Assembly (NCBI GenBank): GCA_036172245.1
Contig: JAYWIR010000054.1
Span: 434,001 to 498,000, forward strand
DNA length: 64,000 bases
Direction: 5' to 3'
Source: Raillietiella orientalis
Taxonomy: Eukaryota
Part shown: positions 11,400-23,289 of the stretch, piece by piece
Layout: each line of letters starts with the position of its first letter
How positions within the stretch are numbered: position 1 is the first letter of the stretch
The notes under the pieces: model-generated
What the model was told of the DNA's origin: nothing
Databases searched by the model: none
What the model saw: the letters and a program-made list of their open reading frames with translations, nothing else
Position numbers and translations under genes: made by a program

Positions 11400-12730
11400 A
11401 ATAGATTCATTGGGAAAGTCTTTGGAATAAACCGAAAGATTGTTGGAGTGTCAGCGTGTGCTCGCGGTTCTTCTGACCACTCCCTCGTTTGCTGCGAGGG
11501 TGCTGTGGGCGTGGCAGCAGCATCCGTTTTGTGCGGTTGCAATGCGGCGCTCCCGCATACCGCAAGCGCAAGAACAGGCAATCCCTCTTGTCCGAGAGTG
11601 CCTCCAAGTCGACGACGGCCATTCTCGATCGAACGGGTTCAAAACACGACGACGTCAAGACTCCGGAGCAATGTTTCTAGGAGTGCAACAAGTGAGGAAG
11701 AATACACAACCGGCAACGGACACCGGCCAAAGATAGAAAGACGAGTGAATAAGAGGTAAGCGGCAATGAAGTCACTGAATAAGGGATAGATGGATGAGTG
11801 GGCTGCAGAACTTCCTGATGCCTGTCTTCCATGGCTGCTTTAACAGACACTTCTTCCAGAAGAGGGCGCATTCTTCATCTCAGTAGAGACGCACTGTTCT
11901 TGCTGGCATTCCTCCTCGAGGTTCCAGGAATCCACGATTCTTCTGGTGCAATGCACGGTGGGGGAAGGTGCGGCGTCGGGTCGCTGAGTGTGAACGGGAG
12001 CCGCAGCGACTCTTCCGGAGTGCCTTCCGGTAGAAACAGGGCTGCCCCCAGGTGGTTCCAAACTCCCCGGAGAGCAACAGTGTCCCGAAAATGCTCCTCA
12101 GGTTCTCACCTCCTTGTACCTGGCGCATCTAAGGGAGACCCACCCTGTGCTCCGGGAACGGTGGCGCCAATCGCGCGCTAGGAGCGGCGCCACACACTGA
12201 CATCAGAAGGGGAGAGCCCAGGCGCCCACTGGAAAGACGGGCGTCGTCTTTGCGGCTAATCTTTAAATCGTTCTGCCCAGCGAAGCGGCCCCTTTGCGTG
12301 GGCTCTGGGCGGGACTTTCTTCCGAGTTTTTCCCTTTCCGCTTCTTCTTGAATCGCCGGGCGTTCCCTGGTGCTTCGGCTGGCGATGGATCCGCCTCCCG
12401 TCTCGTTCCTTGCGACTCTTCTGCACGTGGTCTCAGCCGGTGTTTGTAAAAGGCTGAGCTTTTTCCCTGAGATGGTTGGATTCGATATTGCAGCTGCTGC
12501 ATCGGGTGATCTGGTGACACGGACGTGTGTGCCCCTGGAGCAGTGTCGTGCCCGAAAGTCTCTTCCGCTGGGGAGAGCTGCACCCAATCCTTCCGAAGGG
12601 CCAGCAGCGCAAGCACACCAACGTGTTGAAAAGGAAATCGCCTGCAATTCCCTCTGATTTTTTCTCGGACCGCGTCTCTTCTCCTTGTCCGACGTCAACA
12701 AACCATGAATTCGAGGATGCCTTCCGGAGG
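11400..12730 (-). pseudogene. Decayed death-domain-like tail plus kinase relic, tail-to-tail with 9287-11369
   Basis: IHGLLTSDKEKRRGPRK aligns gaplessly to MYTLLESGKFRREGFKE (24887-24937). Followed by RELQAISFS...GLG, CSRGTHVRV, GGGSIASR. 11370-11870 is homologous to 25055-25670. Confidence 0.5.
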
Positions 12731-13271
12731 CGGAAATGTTCTCAACGGGATGAGGGCAATCCGTTTTTATGGCACCACCGCCATTTCCAAAGTATTTTGT
12801 CCGTGCCGTCATTTCTGTGGCGAGCAACTCGCAGGGAGATGCGAAAGACTGCCGAAGGCGTCGCGAGCGCCGCGCGCCTGGGGAGTGTCCGCCTCAGCAT
12901 ATCCTTGCCGATGGTCTTTGGTGGCGACGAGGGAGAAGGATGCGTGTGTTTCCGATCGGCAAGGATTCCTGCCCTCGCTCGCAGCGGGCTGTGGAAATGC
13001 GCTCGTAGCACCTCCAGGCGTCGCAGCATCGCCAAAAAAGGGGGGACAGCGAAGAACGAATCCACGTTCGTGAGTTGCAACTCCCCTCCCTGTCCTTCCC
13101 TCGGTTTCACGTGGCACCTCGCCTCGCTGCCTGCGCAGTTGCGGGAGGTGCCCCCATTGCGCTCTTCGCGACAGCGTGGGAGTGGCAGGCGGCTGCCCGG
13201 GAGGTTCCTTAATCTTGCAGGCCAGGGTCCAAATCAGTTTGCAGCTTCTCTGGTCGCTCGTAGCTTCTGGA

Positions 13272-14100
13272 TCAACACTCGTTAGAGCCGAGGCGTTCAT
13301 TGTAAAAAATAACAAACAAACACGTGTAGGGTTATCGGCCCTACAACGTCCGAAAGAGTTCGCAGCCTGCCGAGTAACCGACACGCAGGCCGGCGAGGTT
13401 CGTCTCGGCAGTGGAGGGGGAGGGAAGAACAAAAATAAAGATAAAAAAATATATATATGCAAAACTTTTGGAGCGATTGGGAAGCGTTCATTGGGTGGTG
13501 AAGGGCGTCATCTGCATCCTTTCCAGGATGGCGGCAAGTTCCATCCGAGTATGCACCAGGCGGGTCATCTAGCTGCCGTCCGCAGGAAGTGCAGGACGAA
13601 GCAGGCAGCGTCCCTATCTCACTGCCCTCCTCTCGAGTAGCTCCAGGCTGCTATAATCCCACATAGGTTGCAAAGAGGTGCTGAGCATACGGCAGGCAAA
13701 GGGCGTCGCTCACAGGCTCTTATCACGTCCCTGGGATGGTCCGTTGGTGCACCAAGGGTCGTTGCGCAACGCAACCACAGGGGAATACGAGTCTACGAGC
13801 AGGTGCGCGAGCTGGGATTCTCGTTCCCCGCACCTGCAGCAGTTCGGGCCAACAGCCCCCCGGGTCCAGTGAGACCGGCGGGAGTTGCATGGCAGACTCC
13901 AGTGCAACGGCTGAAGTGCCGTCTCTATCCACCTCAGGAGAGGGCTCGGTTGTTCTTCAGCGCTGGAAGCCACTCGAGGATTCCCAGCAGCTCGACCCAG
14001 CGCAATAATGAAGCTTTTTGGAGTCATGCTTTCTGCTCCCTTGGTGACCAAGGAACCGTGGCGGCGGTCCAGCTCTTAACTTCCTGCCGACGTACCCGTT
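13272..14100 (-). mobile_element. Tx1/L1-clade ORF2 3' fragment
   Basis: LHWSLPCNSRRSHWTRGAVGPNCCRCGERESQLAHLLVD (zf-RVT-like CxxC..H). Family 3' motif at 13272-13301. 5' extent uncertain. Confidence 0.8.
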
Positions 14101-17079
14101 TGCTTGCTGCGTTCATCCAATTTTTCTTCGGCATATGCCCCTGCCGAGCTGTCGGGCACCGCGACATCTTCGTGCGTAGATGCTCACCCTCTTTTCGGAT
14201 GTGAGCAGCCCATCCAATCGAGCCAATCGTTCGTCCGCCGACCTTTTCTTTTTTTGCCTTGCGGCAAGGCAACCTTTCGAGTAAGCGAACCGCGTGTCTA
14301 GACGATGCGCAGCTGCATCCCTTCCCCAGCCACTTCGGACGAGCCATCTGCTCCAGAGAGTTCTGCTCGCTGCTAGGACGCTGCGCTTCTCCCGTATCCC
14401 TTTGCTACACACCAAGGACCGGATGCTTCAGGCGCAATCTCGCGCGTCCAGCCCCCATTCCGATCCTACGACTCAATCTTCTCCCGGTTCCCCTTCTTCC
14501 TGGAGAATCGGGAAGCGCCAGTCCACACAATGGCGATCCCTCCCAGTGTTTCCCCTTCCTTCGACAAACAAAGTCGTTGCCTGAGGCCATGAAGATGAGT
14601 ATGGCCGTCTTGCCACCGCTGGCCAGACTCCGCTTCGCGCAGGCTGTGGTCCTGGCCTGTTTCAAGACCTTCCAAGTGCACGGATCCCTCTTTCTCCCTT
14701 TTTGTCCCTGCGGTTGGATGGATGTTCTGCATGGACTACGTCGTTATGGTCCCAGCAGGAGCCCGCCCTTCAGATTCTCGCAACCTCCCCTTTTTCCTTC
14801 GCTTTCGTTTCCCCAAACCTCAGAGACATGCCCCTCCGTATCGGACGATGAGAACGGCCTCTCACCCTTGTGGGGTTTGGGAAGGGGCCGCAGGAAGATC
14901 CATCGCTTCACGGACTCCATCGGCTTCCGAAATCCGGTGATCGGGAACGGCAAGATTCATCAGCTTCCGGACCACGGATCACAGCACGCGCGACCTGAAG
15001 TGACTCTCCTGCGAAGCGGCGCCACGCCCACGAGTTGCGTTGGTTTTCTTCTTGCCGCCACTCCGCTAACCGACGCGCGGCTGCGTTTCACCACTTGAGG
15101 GAGAGTCGAACCATTCGCGCGTAGTCGGCCCTCGGCCCCTGCTGCTGCTCTTGCACCGGTCACTCGAAGAGGGAATCCCGGATCGCTGGTCACTCTCCGA
15201 CCCACCTTACCGCCGCACTCTGGGGTCTCCACGGAGGGAGTGCGCTGTAGACCGTAGTCCACAGACGCGGAGACGAGCGCCTTCTTGCATGAGCGCCTAA
15301 CTGCGGCTTCCGAGAGAACCCTCGGCGACCGATACCCTCCCCTCCCCCCGGGCCCTCCAGAGCTTCCTCCCGAGGAGAAGACAGGCGTTCTGGATGCATC
15401 CTCAGCCTCCTCGTATTCCAGGTCGATCTATGGGAAGGGAGACTTTCCCACCACGGGCTGCTTGAGGTCCTGATCTTCACGGCATTCGACACATGGAGGT
15501 GTCGAATGCCGTGAACGAGGATGTCCAACGAGGGATGCGGGAGGGGTTGCGCCGTCCCGCGCCGGCGACGGTTCGGGATGGCAATTCCCCCAAGAACCAG
15601 ACGCCTCAGCTGGTTGCACGCAAATGACCGCAGCGCAGGAGAGGCAGAACAGCCTCGGACATTTCCAGCGCAGGGTGAGAGCGGAGGACCCTCCGCACCG
15701 AAACGAGGCATGGCCGCGTTCACCAGCATTCGAAGCATCTCTCGGCTCCCTGCAGTGGCTCAGGAAAACTCCCACCTCAAAGGTTGGCCGCTGTCGTCGT
15801 TTGCCCAGATGGTGCTGCGGCAAGGGACCAGAGGGCTGTCCGGGAATCCTTGCATTCAGTGCTGCAGGAGACCACCCACAGACTTGCAGAAGAGTTTCCA
15901 CAGCGGGTAAAGTTTCTCTGGGCGCAGTTCCGGAGTGCCTACCCGGGACATTCACCGAGTCCTCCGCCACGTGTCCCTGTTTCTCGTACAGCCGAACATC
16001 TAACGATGGGATTGGGGTGTTTGGGGTGGACGAATTGCGAACGGCAGCAAGTCCACTGCGTCCGAAGCATCCCCGGAAGAAGTGGCCTGGTGGAACACGC
16101 CCAGCCGTGGGGAGCAAAAATTGGCACAGAGTGCCACATTGTAATTGTTTGTTTGATGTTGACGAGGCAAGGACACTGTTTGACACTGCTAGACCCTTGC
16201 CTGCCGGCATGTTCCCGCCTGGGAACTTCGCGTTCCGTTAGGCGATCTTTCCATTTCCGTCCCTTGCGTTCCCGCTCTTCACCGAGTCACCGTTCTCGCG
16301 TCCTCCGTTTGTAGCGTTAACGTCATGAAGCACTCCGGGATTCCTGTCTTCCGCAGAGCAGCTCTTCCGCTTGGTTGACGACTGTTGCCTATTTGTGCTT
16401 CCCGATCGCAGTTTCTTTTTGAAGGGACATCCAGTCCAGTGCTGTCTTCCTCTTGCGACTTCACTTAGGTGGACTACAGCAGTCCCAAAATGACCGCTCG
16501 ACTTCTTTTCGGTGTTTTATTTGGCGTCAGAGCACCCTGACGTTGTTTCCCTTGTTTGCTGTTCCTTCACGTCATATTCCTTCAGTTGTCCGGCATTCTC
16601 TTCATATCTGCGAAACCTTTCCAAAGCATTTGCTTCCCTCTCTCCCATTGTTCCTAGTCTGGCGTCTTCGACGTGTGGAAACTTTGGGGAGCGGCTTCGT
16701 GAGCGGACTGGTTGCGGGTTGTCCTGATTGCAGGCGAACGTCCTTTTTACACGCTTTGGAAAGGAAACGAAAATTCGACGGGTCCTTGCAGCATCCGCGA
16801 AGCCACTGCGCTGCTTTCGCTCGCCCGTTCGCCCCGCGTCGCTCGCTTACCTTGCCACGCGCGCCACATCATAGGTAGGAAGAGTCAGCACGGCTTGTGA
16901 ACGCAGCTTCACGGGAAGCCAGCGCCCTCCGTCGACAAAACACACGTGATTGTCTTCAAAGAACCCTGTGGCAATGGAGCGTGCCTGTGCTTGCCCCTGC
17001 GGTAGACTGACTCGCTGACCTGGAACCACGCGAGACGCAATTCGCCTCAACGCAGAGAACGCCCTCATCGCCGACGGAC

Positions 17080-17530
17080 GAGCGCTTAGGTGTAGTGCGA
17101 ACACACTCTGACACGCCGACAGCGCTCTTCCTGTTGATCCCAAAGGCTTTTCCCAAGGTCTCCTTCCCTCAGCGGGAGATGGATAGTCCGGACAGCAGCC
17201 GTGTGACGTCTCTTCTCGATGCCCTCTGAAGGCTTCACACTAAGAGCGTCAGTCGTTTCGGAAGCCCCGTGGAGTCCTTTCTGAGGTCTTCCCGGTTGCA
17301 GGAAGACAGGGACCAATGCGAAGAAGGTGATTGGCCAGGGATTGCGTGCCGTTACAGCTGAATCATGTAGCAACCTGAGAGCGTGGCCCCCGATGTGGTT
17401 TCAGATTTGCTTTTCTATTTCTTTGAGCAGTAAAGGAGTCGCTTCTTTATCATTCACATCTCTGTCAGCAGTCGTTCCCTCAGTAATGCTATCCATCGCT
17501 TCAGTGTTTTCCATTGGCAAGCTGCAGCTT
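17080..17530 (-). pseudogene. Diverged copy of the death-domain-like module
   Basis: DVNDKEATPLLLKEIEKQI*NHIGGHALRLLHDSAV..ITFFALVPVFLQPGRPQKGL. 17355-17525 is nearly identical to 29253-29423. Confidence 0.45.
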
Positions 17531-17749
17531 CCTTTCCTTCTCTGCCTGCAGTGTTTTTGTTGATATCGTTGGTGAGAACTTCCTGCAATAGGATGTTTGT
17601 AAATGAAAGCCACAGGATTCTGCTGGATTCATCTTGCATTGCGCAGATGCACTTCATGCGTGCGTGCTGCAACAGTTTGATACTTCCGTGCCCGCAGTTC
17701 AAATTCGATTCCTGTGTTCCAGAGCAAAGATAGAGGGCAAGTAAGAGCA

Positions 17750-19385
17750 GGTGAGTTGGAAGGTACCAACCAGCAGCTTAATAACTGAAAGTAAGCACTC
17801 CTGGTCAGGTCGTCTCCCAAAAGTGGAGTCAGCGATCAGCCCGTTCCTGGAAGGCAAGCTTCACTTGCCGGAACGGGCCGCGGTGTGGAACGCGTTCGCG
17901 GCCCCCCTCCTTCTCCCTCTGCTTTTTGTTTGCCCCGTACCCCGTGAACTGGAAAAAAGAACAAAGGACCTCCTACGCATCGCCCTGTGGGACGGCGGGA
18001 GGCCTCGTGTGCTTTTAAAGGATTTGTGCGCTCCACGTCGGGACGGTGGTCCTAGCGTCCTGACGCTGGAGCGCGTGGAAACGCAGCTGCGGTGGCGTAC
18101 CTTGGCCATCGCGGCGAAGATGTGGAGCACCCCTTGGGGCGTTCCAGCCCGCCTCCTCGCCAAACGTGTGTCCGGGACTGAAGGACTCGCGTCTTTTCTT
18201 CTGTGCCCCGGCCGGAAAATAAGAAGATGCGGACTTCTCCTGGGACGCATGGCCACCCCGGCAAAGGAGAACGGGTGGATGGCCTGCAGCCCCGCCAACT
18301 CCAGCGCATGGCTGGAAGAAACGGTTGGAACGTGGGCAAAGTTAAAAGACATCAGCGGAGAATCCTGCAACCGCCTGCGCACCGGCATCTACACCCGCTG
18401 TACGCTGCGGAACATGATCGTGTGTCCCGCCAGAGGCACTTGGTAGGAGACGACCCCACTGGCCACGGCGCTGCCCTTCCTACGAAGGGCGCTTCAAAAC
18501 AGCCGGAAGCCGAGATAGCAAGTCTCCTTCCGGATAGCGGGCAAGGAGAAGGATCTAAGCGGGTGGACAATGAGGGAACTGGCAGACGCCGCAACCCCAA
18601 ACGTTCTCCCGCGAGGAATCCAGAGATGGGGCGAGCTGCTTGGCATCCTGGCGGATGAGCTAGAGTGGCCCCCGTTGTTCATAGACTCATCCACCCTCCC
18701 CCTCAATTGGCAGGAAACGGCGCTGCTGTTGTTGCACTGGGGTCTTCCCTGCAACGCGCGCCGCCACCACTGGACGTTGGGGAACGTGGGACAGAACTGT
18801 GCAGTGTGCGGGGAGAAGGGATCCCTCCCCCATCTGTTAGTGGACTGCGCTGCCCTCCGGCCCTTGTGTAAACGTTTTGCTACGACCCTCCCTATGCCGG
18901 TCGGCAGTACCCCCAGAGACGTTGTGAGACTCCTCTTCGTGCGAGACGCCCTGCCACCAGCCTCAACCCTGGCAGCGCTCTGCTGCCTCCGAGGGATTGT
19001 GGCCGCCTGGAGCGCAGCCAACCGAGGAAGCAGCGACAGGCACCCCATCGTACACGCGGGTCGCTACCTGCGAATCGCGATCAGCTGGTCCCATCTGGGA
19101 GCTATGACGAGGGACCTCGAGGGCATCCTGGAAAGGATGGTCTCTTCCTCCAGAGGGTTGTGATCCCTTCCCGGCCCCCCAAATAGTTTCTTTTTGTTAT
19201 TTCATTTATTTTTCTTTTTGTTTTACCCCCAACCCCCCTCCCCTTCTCCGCTGCCGAGGAGAGTCAAGCCGGTCTGCGAACCGGCTTCCTGGCAGGTCCC
19301 AGGAACTATTGGCCGTAGCGGGGCCTAGTACCGCAGATGTACTGTGTTTTTTTTAATAAACGCCCCGGCGTGACCGTGTGAAAAC
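17750..19385 (+). mobile_element. 5'-truncated Tx1/L1-clade retrotransposon (post-RT region, zinc-binding motif, 3' UTR)
   Basis: LCAPRRDGG; LHWGLPCNARRHHW..NCAVCGEKGSLPHLLVDC; T-rich 3' UTR; AATAAA plus terminal motif. In-frame stops. Confidence 0.85.
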
Positions 19386-21970
19386 TTCCCCGTGTCCAGT
19401 GGTGGCGGCGTGCATTGCAGGGGAGTCCTCAGTGCAACAGCATAAGCGCCGACTCCTGCCATTTTAGGGGAAGGATCCTTGTTTCGGTTATCACTGGGGG
19501 CCACTTCAGGTCATTTGTCGTGATGCCGAGCAGCTCACCCCATTTTTTCAATCCTTGCGGAAGGAGGCTCTAGGTCGTGGCGTCCGCCAGCTGTCCCATT
19601 GTCCAACCGCTGAACAATTTTTCTCTGCCTGGGATACGGCAAGAGACTTGCCACCTCGGCGTCCGGCTGCTGACGAGGGCCGTACGTAGGAAGGGCAGCA
19701 CCGTCGCTAGGAAGGTCGTCTGTGCCCACGTGTTCCTGGCTGGACACTCCAGGATCTCTCGTAGAGTGCAGCGGGCGTATCTGCCGCGTCGCAGGCTATT
19801 CCACCTCTCGTGGCTCCTCTGATTCACTACCGCCCAGCCAGGTGGAAGCGTGGAACAGGTTGGCCTCCATGCTTCGCCCAGGAACAGCATATGTCTGTTG
19901 CGGGCTGATGAAGGCGTTTGCAACCCGTCCCAGGCGCTCAGCCCAAACCTTAGCTCTCAACTTGGCACTGTTGGCCGCAGCGGGGCCTTGTACCGCAAAT
20001 ACTGTAAGTTGTTTGAATAAACGCCCCAGCTTGACCGGGTGAAAACGTCGAACTGTACGTTGCGCAGCGCATTTTCGACTGCTGGCTTCAGCAGGAAGGC
20101 CACTCCGCGGGAGTGGTCTCCGCCTAATCGCCAAAGTAGCCACCCCCTGTGAGCCTCTCGATCTCCTGGACGTCCTCTCCTCTGAGCGCGTGCGTCTCCT
20201 GGAGAAGAGCCAGGTCGAAAGGTCGCAGGGTGTCGGCCACGCCGCGCCTCTTGCCTTCGTCACGCAGCCCGTTGACATTCCAACAGGCTATGCGTAAGTG
20301 CCGGCAAGTGGCGATTCCACGCATCACTCTGTTGATGCTGGTGGCGATTTTGTTGCCGTCTCCTGTTCGGGAGGCGGATGGTCGTTGTCCTGGTCGACGG
20401 GCATCGCTTCGGCTAAAGGAGTCTCGTCAGTTCCTGGACGTTGTACACTAGTTTCCTCTGGCGGGGCTCTTTTTTCCACCGAGGGGTCGCGCGACCTCGC
20501 GGACATTACCCCCTCGTTCTCTGAGGGCATTTCCTCCTCCACCTGAGGGGCAACGACGCGCCCAGGGTTCTGGGACTTCCGCCCCGCCTTCCTTTTCGGG
20601 AAGGCAATGGAGGGAGCGCTTCCGGCTTCCGCTTCGGATGTTTCCGGGCCCTTGGCTTCCGCCGGCCGCCTCACAGCCTTCTTGACAGCCTTGAGGGGCT
20701 GCTTGAAGCTGACCGGCAGTTCCTCCGCCGCCTGCGCGAAATTCTTTCCCTCGCTACTCACGCACGCGTCGCGGGATTCCTGCGGCGCTTGCGCGGCGTC
20801 AACGACGACTGTGCCTTCCGCGTTTGCCGATCGAAGTTCCATCGAAGACACGCGCTCGATTTTAACGCGGCATTCCTTCGTAGCACCGCGCGGCGAAGAT
20901 TTCACCTTCAATTTCGCGGATGTCTGCGGGATTTTCGTGTTTTTGATTGTTTTATTTTTGGGAGATTTCGTTTTGGTTGGGACCAGCTTCCAGCCATCCT
21001 CGTCGATTCCCTGTTCAGGAGTCGCTTCTTGCGATTCCGTGCTAGGCTGCACGACTGCCTTCTTAGCTGGTAGTTGGTCCTCTGAATGTTTATTTTTATT
21101 CTTTTCTTCCCCCTTCTCCCCCTTTTTATTTTCCGGGTTCTCTGGCGGTGTAGCGACGTTCTTAAGGCACACAACGCTAGTGTGCCCCTTTTCGCCGCAT
21201 GTTAAGCACGTTGCATCCGGACATCTCTTCCGTAGATGCCCGAAAGCCATGCATTGCCCGCAATATTTTTGCTTCCCAAAGAACCAGATATCAACGAGCT
21301 CATCGTTGAATTCCAGTTTGTGGGGAGAATCGATGTTATCGCGGAGAGTTACTCGCGCGGCAATGCGCCCACTAAATGCGCCTCTGAAACTGAAGGCGTT
21401 GGGCTTACTCCACATCGCGCAAATCACCGCGTATTTGTTCAGTTCTGTGCGGATGGATTCTTCGTCCATCCGCACAGTTGTCCCAGTCAAGCGGATCACT
21501 ATTGAGTGATCCACCGTGTGCGGTAGGAGATTACGTCCCTCGAAAGGCACGGGCGTGCAGAGCAGTTTATGAGTCAGCGCTGCATCTCTGCAGATGAGCT
21601 CCGCAAACTGCCCTCCGCTACGGACCGAAAGGCAGGTGATCTCCTCATCGGAAATGCCCATCTTGCGAATGGCATTACCGAATTTGCGTGTAGTTATAGC
21701 AGAATATAGATTGCCACCTTATACAGCAAGGGTAGATTGCAGCCCTCCTTGATGTAGGCCGACAGTTCGGCGGCGACGTCGGGAGACGCGCCGACGCAGC
21801 AACCTTCTTCCAAGCCCTCGCCGGAGCGGCGGGGGCCGATTTCCTGATGAGGCATGCACCCACATCCACGGGATGGAGAGACGAGGGTCTCACGTCTCCC
21901 GTCGCAGGTTTTGCGGCGTCTTCCGGAATTTCTGCCTTCCAACGGCCGCCTTCCAACACCCACTCAAACA
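19386..21970 (-). mobile_element. Internally deleted Tx1/L1-clade element (ORF1, start of APE endonuclease, RT fragment, C-terminal fragment)
   Basis: APE motifs RIACWNVNGL and LLQETH (20324-20124). RT-proximal AKVWAERL..ISPQQTYAVPGRS. C-terminal WGELLGI..KWQESALMLLH. Confidence 0.9.
20324..21661 (-). CDS. Tx1-type ORF1 (gag-like) with two CCHC zinc knuckles
   Basis: 445-aa ORF with CGQCMAFGHLRKRC and CLTCGEKGHTSVVC followed by a Lys/Glu/Pro-rich tail. The N-terminus probably continues through frameshifts to about 21970. Confidence 0.85.
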   Translation of the reverse strand: MGISDEEITCLSVRSGGQFAELICRDAALTHKLLCTPVPFEGRNLLPHTVDHSIVIRLTGTTVRMDEESIRTELNKYAVICAMWSKPNAFSFRGAFSGRIAARVTLRDNIDSPHKLEFNDELVDIWFFGKQKYCGQCMAFGHLRKRCPDATCLTCGEKGHTSVVCLKNVATPPENPENKKGEKGEEKNKNKHSEDQLPAKKAVVQPSTESQEATPEQGIDEDGWKLVPTKTKSPKNKTIKNTKIPQTSAKLKVKSSPRGATKECRVKIERVSSMELRSANAEGTVVVDAAQAPQESRDACVSSEGKNFAQAAEELPVSFKQPLKAVKKAVRRPAEAKGPETSEAEAGSAPSIAFPKRKAGRKSQNPGRVVAPQVEEEMPSENEGVMSARSRDPSVEKRAPPEETSVQRPGTDETPLAEAMPVDQDNDHPPPEQETATKSPPASTE

Positions 21971-23289
21971 CTAGTTGGCTTCACTTAAAGGAGGTCGCGA
22001 AAAACGCGTGCAACCTCCAGGCCACCCTAATGCAGTGTCGGGCAACGCTCCACCCAATGTGGCATTGGAATTTCCACTTTTTTCTCGTATTTTCCGCATT
22101 CACAGTCCTCGGGTAGTGCGCTGCCCGATCCCAGCATACCTGGACCCGGGACAGGGTGTCCACGTGTGCCCTTCTGCTTTCGCCGAGGACACTATCCGCG
22201 CGAAGTTTGCAAGGGATGCAGCAGCCGACACGTGGATTGGGATGATTCGTCACCTGCGCCGGGCAGTAGGCGCGCGGTCTCCGCTAGGTGTGAAGCGGGG
22301 GAGGGCGAGGAAAGCGGCACGAGGCTGGTCGCTCGCTTCCGGCGAAAGGCAACCCTCGAAGGTGGTTCTCCGGACAGCTCGAGGCGAGAGCTTGCGAAGC
22401 GAAGTCTGAGGATTGCCTCGCGGAACGGTCGGCGAATCCGCTATTCGCGCCTTCTGCGGGCGGCGGCGCTTCTCGTACAGGTCGCCCGCGGGCTGGCGCG
22501 GTGGAAAGAGCGCCATAGCTGCAAGATGAATCGACGGTGCCAGTCCGCGTCGGGATGCAGCGGTAAGATGGGCTTTCCCCGCACAGCGTCGACGCGATCC
22601 AAGTCCATCCTCCAGTGATGACTGGGAGGATTCCTTCATTTCTTCATTGGAACAAACTTTTTGTTGTTGGCGCTATCCTGCCGACATCGACTGACGGCGA
22701 CCGACTGTCGCGGTCAGTCGTGCGAGACTGCTTCGTTTCGCTCGCGACATATTCCCCTTCACCTTCGCACTGACAAACATTTCGCCCTGTCGCGTGGTTA
22801 CGGTGCATCCGAAGGGGGTGGTCACGAGGTGATTGCAGATGGCAGACGCGCGTTGGCGTCACCTCTGGCGACACCGTGTGCGGTGGAAAAAGCTGCTAGC
22901 AAGCCCGTTCCGCATGACCGAGTGTCGCGTCTTTCTCGTCTTTCGTCTTTCCAAACGCTCGAAGTGCACAGGGTCGACCACTTGGAAAGAGAAATGCTTC
23001 ACCCCCACGCCCACCCCATCTCCTATCCGGCCTTCTGGTGAGCACCATTCCCCGTGCGTTGCGCAGCCAGCAGTGGACACCTTCCGCGTTTGGTGGGATT
23101 TCTCTGGGCGATGCGTGGAACCACCTACGGCGTCGCTCGCCTCGCCGTCCTTATTAGCTCCATAATCACGCGAAAAGCGAAGAGCTGGGGTCGCTGCACA
23201 TTCTGCTGGTGCCAGCGCGAACGCGTGCCACCGAAGCGTCCACACGGAGGCCGGCGGTGCCCTCGCGGGAAAGGCCAGCAGCCAGCAAC

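Noticed and set aside
14300..16900. Protein-coding genes among the many 100-280 aa ORFs
   Set aside because: No convincing motifs; likely decayed TE or kinase-family sequence that I could not assign by eye.
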